From Lentimicrobiaceae bacterium (GTDB lineage Bacteria > Bacteroidota > Bacteroidia > Bacteroidales > UBA4417), in contig JBGSUB010000067.1 of the NCBI GenBank assembly GCA_041753535.1, forward strand, positions 138,017-202,016: DNA of 64,000 bases, read 5' to 3'. Numbering within the stretch: the first letter of the stretch is position 1; the number at the start of each line of letters is the position of its first letter. Positions 53,330 through 61,821 of the stretch are shown here, one piece after another. A program made the position numbers and the translations under genes. The notes under the pieces are model-generated. The model did not search any database and was not told where the DNA came from. It saw nothing but the letters and a program-made list of their open reading frames with translations.

Positions 53330-55603
53330 TTATAAATCCTGTTTAGAGCCAGTTTTCCGGGCTGAGATTTCGAAATCTCTGCTGGATTTGAGTAAATTTA
53401 CTACAAACAACGAAAGGTTTTTAACTTCATGAAGGATGTTCAGATAGAGGATACTGTTGCGTGTGCCGGTTTCGGAATTTTTAATACGTTTTATCTGTTT
53501 TTTACGCGTTTCTTCAATAATCTGCTGTACATTATGCTGTCTTTCAACAACAATATCAAAATCTTCGAAGTTTTTAGCCTGCAGCATCCGCATAATTTCA
53601 CTGTACAAAATGGACATTTCACCGATTAATCTCGAAAGTTCTTCTATCTGCAATGGTATTAAGGGCTTATGATTATTTTCCACATATTCGTAGCTGGGTA
53701 TGGCTATAAATGACACGCAATGATTGATTTCGCGCAGGTAATCAATAGACTGCACATAAAAATGACCCGACTCAATGGATTCATCCTTAAGATTGGCCAA
53801 TGTTGGACTAATATGTAGTTTAAGGCGTTTTGTTGCGGCATTAAGTGCATCAGAACCATTTTTGGCACTTTTAAGTATTCTCCTATCCTCATCCATAAGC
53901 CCCATTAAAGCCTCTTTGAAAACAAAAAGACTGTTTTCCAGCACCTGTTGTATTGTAAGCGAACATTTGTGAAACAAGGTTTCGGTGCCGAACTCATCAG
54001 TTATTGAATTTTCAAGGTCTTCAGCAATCCGGTCATTGGCCCGGCGGACATGAATCCTGTGTGTGCGGTAAATAAGAAAACCTGTGAGTCCCAAAAGTGC
54101 AAGAGTTGCTACCATCCCACCATAAAAGAGGATTACAGCAGCAATAAGTGAGACAACAAAAGCCGCAAGAGCTGTAAAAAACCAGCCGCCAATAACCGAT
54201 AGAACTCCTGTTATCCGGTAAACGGCACTTTCGCGTCCCCATGCCCGGTCAGATAGAGATGTTCCCATTGCAACCATAAAGGTGACATATGTTGTTGAAA
54301 GTGGCAGTTTGAGCGAAGTGCCGAGTGCAATAAGCATACTGGCTACTACCAGGTTAACACTGGCCCTGAGCATATCAAAAGCTGCACCTGCTGGCATTTG
54401 GTCAATTGTTATTTTATCTGGGGGATCGAACCTGCTTTCGAGCCACTTGCTGATTTTTGAAGGAGTATGCCGGTCAATTGCCGAAGCCATATTTCTTGTT
54501 CCTCTTACCAGGTTTCTTGAAAGTATAGAAGAGTTGAATCTTTCGGCACCTTCGCCTTGCCTGCTGAGGTCAACAGATGTTTCTATTACTGTTCGGGCCT
54601 TTTTCGAAGTCCATAAAGTAATGGCCATTATTACTCCTGCAATCAGGAGCATCCAGGTTTCAGTTTTTACATCGTCGGCCAGACCTGTCATCAGGAAAGT
54701 GTCGGGATCGGCTCCGGGAGCAGCTACAAATAACTGGTAAGCTTTTAGTCCTGCCAAAGGAACGCCTATAAAGTTAACAAGATCATTACCGGCAAATGCC
54801 ATAGCTAATGCGAACGTTCCGGTAAGGACAATGAGTTTAAGTACATTTAACCTGAACAAAAGCATACATAATTGCATAAGAATTGTCCATGAAGCGAAAC
54901 TGATCAACAGGATAACAGAGGTGTGCTCATGAATAAACTCAAGATGTTCTTTCGTCATAAATGATGCTCCTTTAGCACCTTTAATAAGCATAAAATATGT
55001 AATACCGGTTATGGCAAGCCCTCCCCATATGGCTGCATAATATTTAAGGTTGTACCTGATATTAAATGTAAACAAGACCCTGGTAATGTATTGTATCAGG
55101 GTTCCGAAGCTGAAAGCAATAGCTACCGAAACAAGTATACCTGCGATTATTGCCAGCGCTTTGGCCGTATTGATATATTGCCCGATTTCAGCGATAGTAT
55201 GATCTGACCCGGATATCTTTATAACAGCAACAGCTACTGATGCACCCAAAAGTTCAAATACAATAGAAACCGTAGTGGAGGTGGGCAGCCCGAAGGTATT
55301 GAATAAATCAAGCAGGATCACATCAGTTATCATTACTGCCAGAAAGATAATTATAACTTCACTGAAACTGAATTGACCGGGGTAGAAAAGTCCTTTTCTG
55401 GCAATTTCCATGAGCCCGCTCGAAAAGGTGGCCCCTACCATTACCCCTACACTGGCGACAACCAAAATAGTTTTAAAAGAAGCAGCTTTGGCTCCGACAG
55501 CAGAGTTGAGGAAGTTTACAGCGTCGTTGGCAACTCCTACCATAAGGTCGGATGCGGCCAGAAAGAACAAGATGATAACAAAAACTAAGTAAATACTCTC
55601 CAT
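53330..55603 (-). CDS. PiT-family inorganic phosphate transporter fused to a ~236-aa C-terminal helical (PhoU/DUF47-like?) cytoplasmic domain
   Basis: PHO4-type repeats GVANDAVNFLNSAVG and FAGNDLVNFIGVPLAG. The hydrophilic helical tail starts at ..RRANDRIAEDL. The track start at 55606 is a TTG; the adjacent ATG at 55603 (MESIYLV..) is preferred. Confidence 0.82.
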   Translation of the reverse strand: MESIYLVFVIILFFLAASDLMVGVANDAVNFLNSAVGAKAASFKTILVVASVGVMVGATFSSGLMEIARKGLFYPGQFSFSEVIIIFLAVMITDVILLDLFNTFGLPTSTTVSIVFELLGASVAVAVIKISGSDHTIAEIGQYINTAKALAIIAGILVSVAIAFSFGTLIQYITRVLFTFNIRYNLKYYAAIWGGLAITGITYFMLIKGAKGASFMTKEHLEFIHEHTSVILLISFASWTILMQLCMLLFRLNVLKLIVLTGTFALAMAFAGNDLVNFIGVPLAGLKAYQLFVAAPGADPDTFLMTGLADDVKTETWMLLIAGVIMAITLWTSKKARTVIETSVDLSRQGEGAERFNSSILSRNLVRGTRNMASAIDRHTPSKISKWLESRFDPPDKITIDQMPAGAAFDMLRASVNLVVASMLIALGTSLKLPLSTTYVTFMVAMGTSLSDRAWGRESAVYRITGVLSVIGGWFFTALAAFVVSLIAAVILFYGGMVATLALLGLTGFLIYRTHRIHVRRANDRIAEDLENSITDEFGTETLFHKCSLTIQQVLENSLFVFKEALMGLMDEDRRILKSAKNGSDALNAATKRLKLHISPTLANLKDESIESGHFYVQSIDYLREINHCVSFIAIPSYEYVENNHKPLIPLQIEELSRLIGEMSILYSEIMRMLQAKNFEDFDIVVERQHNVQQIIEETRKKQIKRIKNSETGTRNSILYLNILHEVKNLSLFVVNLLKSSRDFEISARKTGSKQDL

Positions 55604-55692
55604 CAAAGCAATTTTTTAAGTCGTTTGCAAGATTAAGGAATCATGAAGCAAGCAATAGACTTGTAATATTAAGTTAATGTTAATTCTGTGAT

Positions 55693-57390
55693 TTATTTTG
55701 TGTTACTTGCAATGGCCTGGTTAACATTTATAATGTGATCAGCCAGAATTTCACAGTATTTGATCAACTCAATATAAAATTCGGCATGTTTGTAATCATA
55801 CTCGCCCGTTTCAATCCTGAGTTTGTGTTTTTTAAGAAGATTATCTCGTAAATCATTAATTAGAATTTCATTTTCCGATGCTTTCGCCAATATCCCGGGA
55901 CGGTAGTCCTGCGAAAGGTTTTCGTTCATTGTAAATAGGGCTTTGTTAATAATGCTGAAAAGGGTAAACAGTTCATCCCTCATTTCCTGCGAGAACCACG
56001 CTTTTGCTTCATTTTTTCTCTGAATTGTGCGTTCCATCTGAATGCATTGATCTGCAATGCTTTCAATATCATCGGCTATCTTAAACATTGCTGTAATTTG
56101 TCGCGAGTTGGCTTCAGAAAGGTTGTTTTCAGCAATTCGGGTTAGGAAATGTGTGATTTGCCGATCCATTTCGTTCGACTGTTCTTCGTATTTATAAATC
56201 CGTTTGCGTAGTTTTTCGTATTTATCATCCCCTTTCTCCAACAGGTAGGCCGGAATAAGATTAAACATGTCAGCTGTATGTTTACCAAAATTATGTAGTT
56301 CTTCATGTACCTGCAGAATATCAATCTCATTCATCGCCAGAAAACGCGATTTAAAATAACGCAACTTGTAGCTTTTCTTTTCACCTACTTTCAAGGGAAT
56401 AATTTTTTCGAGTAACTGTTTAAATGAGGGTATGAACCATGCAAGAATAAGCGTGTTAGTGAGATTAAACCCGGTGTGAAGGATAGAAAGCCCCAGAGGG
56501 TAGATTGTGGTTGTGGAAACATTGGAGTTACCTGCAATTAGTATTGCGGCACCAGATGAAAAACTTACCAGGGAATTAAAAAAAGCAAATGCCCATATCA
56601 GTCCGAAGAAATTAAACAGAGCATGTCCTAATGCAAGACGCTTAGCGGCACGATTAGCCATAATAGCCGCCAGATTTGCTGTAATAGTGGTTCCAAGGTT
56701 TTCGCCAAGTACCATCGCGGCCGCTGCATCGTATGATATATAACCTTTACTGCACATTACAATTGTTAAAGCAATTGTTGCACTTGATGATTGAATTATC
56801 ATTGTTATTATCACACCGGCACCAGCAAAAATAAGGTATTTAAAAGTGACTTGTTTCGAAATTGCAGTAAAAAAGGAAAGAAGAGATGAATTTTCATTTA
56901 TGTCGGGCAAGGAATTCTTCATAAACTGAAGACCCAGGAAAAGGATAACAAAACCAAGTAAAAATTCTCCTATTGAGCGGTTTCGAACGCCAGGCATAAA
57001 CAGCAAAGGCAAAATCAGTCCAAGGAGCGGTAAAAGAAGAGCCGAAAACTCGAATTTGAAACCAAAGAGAGTTATGAGCCAGGCTGTAACTGTTGTACCG
57101 ATATTTGCTCCCATCATAAGGCCAAGAGCCTGTGTGAGTGAAAGCAAACCGGCGTTTATAAAACTCACCAGCATTACCGTCACCGCTGATGATGATTGTA
57201 TGATTCCGGTTATTACAAAACCGGCAGTGATAGCTTTTAATTTGTTTGAAGCGATACTCGAGAAAAAAGCTTTCAGGCGGATCCCTGAAAATCGTTGCAG
57301 GCTTTCACTCATTAACTTCATTCCATAAAGAAAAAGCGTGAGGGAACCCAGTATGGTAAGAATTGTAATGATTGTAATAAAATTTCCCAT
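55693..57390 (-). CDS. Na+/phosphate cotransporter (NptA/Na_Pi_cotrans family) with C-terminal PhoU-like domain
   Basis: Motifs LFLYGMKLMSESLQ, QSSSAVTVMLVSF, GANIGTTVTAWL, QSSSATIALTIVM, GENLGTTITANL, plus a helical C-terminus (EMDRQITHFL.., IADDIESIADQC). The track start is 57447. I prefer the ATG at 57390 (MGNFITIITIL..), which begins directly at the first TM helix. Confidence 0.85.
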   Translation of the reverse strand: MGNFITIITILTILGSLTLFLYGMKLMSESLQRFSGIRLKAFFSSIASNKLKAITAGFVITGIIQSSSAVTVMLVSFINAGLLSLTQALGLMMGANIGTTVTAWLITLFGFKFEFSALLLPLLGLILPLLFMPGVRNRSIGEFLLGFVILFLGLQFMKNSLPDINENSSLLSFFTAISKQVTFKYLIFAGAGVIITMIIQSSSATIALTIVMCSKGYISYDAAAAMVLGENLGTTITANLAAIMANRAAKRLALGHALFNFFGLIWAFAFFNSLVSFSSGAAILIAGNSNVSTTTIYPLGLSILHTGFNLTNTLILAWFIPSFKQLLEKIIPLKVGEKKSYKLRYFKSRFLAMNEIDILQVHEELHNFGKHTADMFNLIPAYLLEKGDDKYEKLRKRIYKYEEQSNEMDRQITHFLTRIAENNLSEANSRQITAMFKIADDIESIADQCIQMERTIQRKNEAKAWFSQEMRDELFTLFSIINKALFTMNENLSQDYRPGILAKASENEILINDLRDNLLKKHKLRIETGEYDYKHAEFYIELIKYCEILADHIINVNQAIASNTK

Positions 57391-57937
57391 TGAATTATTA
57401 CTAAAACTATACTTTAACCCGCGTATAAAGCGACAGAAAAATAGCATTGTGCAATTACTACCTTTATATGGCTATAGGTACGTATGTTCAACTTGATATA
57501 GCAGGCATTTGATACGAAGCTGCCTTTAATTGTCGAATTAACGCCACATAAGTAATCTGCCGATCTGTTTTTTTACACTGTTTGGGGTAATTTTCAACAA
57601 AGTTAATCAGTTTACAGTTTTGATTGCTTGAACGAAATAAAATAGTTTTGCTTAACTCTAAAAAAATTCAACCAGACCGGCTAAGCCAAAAAGCTTATTT
57701 ACTATGATCTAAGGAAATAAAGTTCAGGAATTATCTGATTTTCAGGGAAGTTTATTTTAATATGTAAGGTCAGATGTTTGCCTGCGATAGATAAATGAGA
57801 AGTGAGAAATATTCGTAAATCGGCCAGCAACTCTTGTAATTCAATTCGTTCTCTACACTGCTTGATTTGTCCAAAGGTCAGAAAAGACTGATGTATATTT
57901 AAATAGCTTGAATTTTCTGAAATGTAAAACTTTGACT

Positions 57938-58987
57938 CTATTTAGTCCAACCCATTAGAATAAAGAAGTAATATACCAACGCTGCAATAATCATTGAAAC
58001 CGGAATGGTGAGTATCCATGCATACAAAAGGTTAATAGTTACACCCCAGCGAACTGCTGTAATACGTTTTGTAAGTCCGGTTCCCATAATCGCTCCTGTT
58101 ATAGTATGTGTAGTACTTACAGGAATTCCAAAAGCTTCGGTGCCAAATAACATGATTGCACCAGCACCCTCAGCAGCCACACCTTCGAAGGGCGTCAGTT
58201 TAGTAATTTTCCCACCCATGGTTTTAATAATCCGCCAGCCACCCATCAGTGTTCCGGCTGCAATAGCTGAATGGCAACCAATTACTATCCAAAAGGGAAT
58301 GGTATGTATTTTTCCTGCCGAAGTAAATGTTATATTGGCCCAATGAGGTATTTGTGATGAGTCAACACCATTATAATATACCAGAAGTGCTGCCGAAATG
58401 ATTCCCATTACTTTCTGCGCGTCGTTACCACCATGCCCAAGGCTGAATAATGCTGAAGAAGCCAATTGCCCGACTTTAAACCATTTACTTAACTTGAAGG
58501 GACTAAAAAATCTGAAAATCCATAAAAGACATATTGATAACACATATGACATTATCATTCCGAGTAGGGGTGCAAGGAAGATAAATGCGGCTATTTTTAA
58601 TATTTTTCCTGTATGCACCACTTCCCAGCCCGCATAAGCAATGGCTGCCCCGGCAAACCCACCAACCAGGGTATGTGACGAACTTGACGGAATGCCTAAA
58701 TACCAGGTAAATAAATTCCAGATAATAGCAGCAATAAGACCTGCAAGTATTACATGTAAATTGATCGCAGAAGTATCAACAGTTTTGGCTATAGTATCCA
58801 CAATATGAAGTTCGAAAACCAGGAAGGCCACCAGATTAAAAAAAGCTGCCCAGATAACTGCCTGCAATGGCGTAAGAACTTTTGTAGAGACTACAGTCGC
58901 AATTGAATTTGCAGCATCGTGAAACCCATTGATAAAATCGAATATGAGGGCTAGTGCAATTATTACAATAAGTAAAGTGAAGCTCAT
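57938..58987 (-). CDS. pitA: PiT-family inorganic phosphate transporter
   Basis: 349 aa. FDFINGFHDAANSIATVVST and GHGGNDAQKVMG PHO4 motifs. Confidence 0.9.
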   Translation of the reverse strand: MSFTLLIVIIALALIFDFINGFHDAANSIATVVSTKVLTPLQAVIWAAFFNLVAFLVFELHIVDTIAKTVDTSAINLHVILAGLIAAIIWNLFTWYLGIPSSSSHTLVGGFAGAAIAYAGWEVVHTGKILKIAAFIFLAPLLGMIMSYVLSICLLWIFRFFSPFKLSKWFKVGQLASSALFSLGHGGNDAQKVMGIISAALLVYYNGVDSSQIPHWANITFTSAGKIHTIPFWIVIGCHSAIAAGTLMGGWRIIKTMGGKITKLTPFEGVAAEGAGAIMLFGTEAFGIPVSTTHTITGAIMGTGLTKRITAVRWGVTINLLYAWILTIPVSMIIAALVYYFFILMGWTK

Positions 58988-59048
58988 CAGCAGCAGATTA
59001 ACCGGTTTTTGTTTTCAAGTTATTTTCAATAGTGAAAATTATTAACGA

Positions 59049-59696
59049 TTAACCCATTTTTACGATTAATGTCGAAAATACTTTGCCAACATCATCACAC
59101 TTATCTATTGCTTTTTCGAGAGCTGTGAGTATATCACGTTTTTTAATCAGTTCAATGGCATTAATTTCATTTTCAAATAGGTTTGCCAGGTATGATTGAT
59201 AAATATCATCAACCTCAGTTTCCATATCACTGAGTTTGGTACACGAATTAATGTATATTTTGAAATCATTTACATTTTTAACATTTCGTAAAACCAGTTG
59301 TATTTCCAAAACAGCTGTGCGTATTATGGTAGCAATCTGTAAAAATTCTTTTGGAAATATGGATAAATTATAGATGTTAATTCTTTTAGATGCACTATGG
59401 ATCAAATCTACTATACTATCCATTTTATCCACTAATATATGTATATCCTCCCTTTCGAACGGGGTGATAAAAGTTCCGTTCAATTCATTCATTAGATTTC
59501 GGGTCAGATCGTCGCCATGCTGTTCAGCCTTTTTTATTGCTAGCATCAATTCCAATCTCTTGTTCAAATCCGGCTCGCCAAGTAATTTGACTAAAAGTTC
59601 AGATGCTACTACCAGGTTATCAGCGGCTTCATTAAAAAGTGGGAAAAACTTGCGATCTTTCGGTACCAGGAAACTAAAAACCTTGTCGAGTTCCAT
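59049..59696 (-). CDS. DUF47/PhoU_div-family phosphate-transport regulator-like protein
   Basis: 215 aa, all-helical. FFPLFNEAADNLV.., HGDDLTRNLMNEL..FITPFEREDI. Shows the canonical pairing, immediately upstream of a PiT gene. Confidence 0.85.
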   Translation of the reverse strand: MELDKVFSFLVPKDRKFFPLFNEAADNLVVASELLVKLLGEPDLNKRLELMLAIKKAEQHGDDLTRNLMNELNGTFITPFEREDIHILVDKMDSIVDLIHSASKRINIYNLSIFPKEFLQIATIIRTAVLEIQLVLRNVKNVNDFKIYINSCTKLSDMETEVDDIYQSYLANLFENEINAIELIKKRDILTALEKAIDKCDDVGKVFSTLIVKMG

Positions 59697-59928
59697 TAAG
59701 TATTGGATTATTTTATTTGATTTATGGTAGGGCGAAAGTATTCTTTTAGTATTAAGCTTGTGTTAAGTGTATATTTCTTTATTGTTAAGCTCAATTTCTC
59801 AATTCTTTATTTTGTTGAGAATGTATTTACTGTGTTTAGCTTGTTTAGTTTTTGTGTAAGCTGTCAAACAAAAAATATCAAGTCTGTTAACTACTCCACA
59901 AGCGATCCTGTTAATTTCTAAGCAATAT

Positions 59929-59955
59929 AAAAAGCCGCCCCATAACCGGGGCGGC
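59929..59955 (-). terminator. Intrinsic terminator after the T9SS-sorted protein gene
   Basis: gccgcccc / ggggcggc form an 8-bp GC stem with a 6-nt loop. On the minus strand it is followed by TTTTTAT. It lies 30 nt after the stop at 59985. Confidence 0.75.
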
Positions 59956-59984
59956 AATAAACTAAATAATGAAATATAGCAATG

Positions 59985-61577
59985 TTATTTCACAATCATT
60001 TTTAATGAACTACTGGTAATCCCGTTAGTAATCTGAACGAAATACATCCCTTTAACCAGGCCCGAAGCATCGAACTTTACTTCGTTTTCACCCGATTTAT
60101 ACTGTTCGTTTTGTGCTATTGAAGCGACTTTTTTACCTGTTATATCATAAAGAGATATACTTAGGCTTTGCGATTTATCGAGCATAAAACTTATAGTAGC
60201 ATTTGCAGAAACGGGATTAGGATAGACGGAAGCTTCGAAAGCAATTTTATTTTCGTTCAATCCGGTTTGAGGCCAAACTGATCCAGATTTGAGTTCCGAT
60301 CCGCTTTGTAACAGGAAGTTAGGCTGACCAAGGTTGAAAGGATCAACGTACATTAATAAATCATTGGTAGCCATGGTATCGTTTCCGAAACTTGCAGTTT
60401 TGAAAAAATCGCGGTCAAACTGGCTGACAAAAAATGAACCCATGCCTGAAAGAACTGTGCGCTGTATTTTCATATCGCCAGTAGTTGCGTTTCCTTGTGA
60501 AGCAGTTCCATCAATAAACAAACCCAAAGGCCAGCCGGCAAAAACTGAATTATAAACAGTTGTCCTGGTATTGCGGCGCAGGTGGAGAGCACGTTTGAAA
60601 TTTGAATTTACTGAAGTTCCTACGGTATATTTTGGACCAAAGCTGGAAACATTACTGAAAATCGGCTGCGTAACCGGTGTATTGGTAGATCCTGAACCAT
60701 CGTTATCCGATTCAAAACTATTGGAGCCCGAACCTGGATCTGCAATATCTTTATCCCTTAAGGAAACAGCATACTGAATCATGCCACGGTAGCCGAAATC
60801 GGTATCGAAATCGTCGTCCCAGCCGCGATAAGCTATGAGGTGTTTCGCATTTACTTTACCGCCGAACCATTCGTATGAATCATCGCCGCAATAGGATACC
60901 TGAATATAATCGAGTGTTGTTCCGCTACCTACTGCACCCATAGTGAGTCCGTTAATTTCTTTGTCTGGTACGAAAGGAATACCCGGGAACTCTATACGAA
61001 CGAATTTAAGGCTTCCGCTGTTGTCAGCATCATCCGGACTGGCACCACCTCCGTAAACGGATGTCGGGCCTCCTTCGATAATAGCCGTACCGCCCGGAAC
61101 GTTAATAGCTGCTTTTCCGCAAAGTACTACTCCACCCCAGTCACCATAAGCGCGACTACCGGCTGCTTTATTTGATGTAAATACAATTGGCTGGCTCGAG
61201 GTTCCGTTAGCAATAAGTTTTGCTCCACGTTCGATAAGTAAGGTACCTTTTGTATCCTGATCGCCACGGATAACAGTACCTTGCTGTATGGTAAGGGTTG
61301 CTCCATCACGAACATAATAGAACCCTTTGATAAGGTAAACATTGTTAGATGTCCAGGTTGTACTGTTTGTTAATTCACCTTCGATGGTTACTGTAGTTGC
61401 ACCATAGTTGGTATTTTGCGGATCCCAGTTGGCCCAGCCGGATGTCCAGTCAACGCTGGTTCCGAAAGCACCCCTGAAAGATACCTGATCAAAGAAAGGA
61501 TCGTTAATTGTGTTTTGGCTGAAGCCGCTCATTACCAGGCATATCAGCGTGAAATAAAGGAGTAATGATTTTTTCAT
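59985..61577 (-). CDS. Secreted protein with T9SS type-A C-terminal sorting domain; central region possibly beta-helix; function unknown
   Basis: The signal peptide MKKSLLLYFTLICLVMSGFSQ starts at the ATG at 61577 (track ORF starts at 61619). C-terminal CTD ..SVYPNPVSANATISF..LYDITGKKV..KGMYFVQI... Conserved-looking N-region FFDQVSFRGAFG..DWTSGWANW. Confidence 0.75.
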   Translation of the reverse strand: MKKSLLLYFTLICLVMSGFSQNTINDPFFDQVSFRGAFGTSVDWTSGWANWDPQNTNYGATTVTIEGELTNSTTWTSNNVYLIKGFYYVRDGATLTIQQGTVIRGDQDTKGTLLIERGAKLIANGTSSQPIVFTSNKAAGSRAYGDWGGVVLCGKAAINVPGGTAIIEGGPTSVYGGGASPDDADNSGSLKFVRIEFPGIPFVPDKEINGLTMGAVGSGTTLDYIQVSYCGDDSYEWFGGKVNAKHLIAYRGWDDDFDTDFGYRGMIQYAVSLRDKDIADPGSGSNSFESDNDGSGSTNTPVTQPIFSNVSSFGPKYTVGTSVNSNFKRALHLRRNTRTTVYNSVFAGWPLGLFIDGTASQGNATTGDMKIQRTVLSGMGSFFVSQFDRDFFKTASFGNDTMATNDLLMYVDPFNLGQPNFLLQSGSELKSGSVWPQTGLNENKIAFEASVYPNPVSANATISFMLDKSQSLSISLYDITGKKVASIAQNEQYKSGENEVKFDASGLVKGMYFVQITNGITSSSLKMIVK

Positions 61578-61821
61578 GATTTTAATTAATTTGTTTCGAT
61601 GCAAAAGTAGCGGGCACATTTAACATCCATGTTAACCTAATATTAAGAATATTGAATCAAATTGTTATGAGCCGGATATGCATGATTTGTTCTGTTTGTC
61701 AATGTGAATAAGGTTTCTATTCATTTAACACAGGTTTCTCAATCATAATAGTTTGTTAACATTTAATTAATATTAAGAGCGGAATTTTGCTGCTGTTAAT
61801 ACGTCCTTAATATTGAATTTA

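Noticed and set aside
54282-54740. 152-aa plus-strand ORF.
   Set aside because: It is antisense to the PiT transporter gene. Its serine/leucine-rich composition is typical of the complement of a membrane-protein gene.
59724-59921. 65-aa hydrophobic plus-strand ORF between the DUF47 gene and the T9SS gene.
   Set aside because: It is encoded by an AT-rich word-repeat region (TGTTAAGC/TGTTTAGC). It runs toward the opposite-strand terminator and has no convincing start context.
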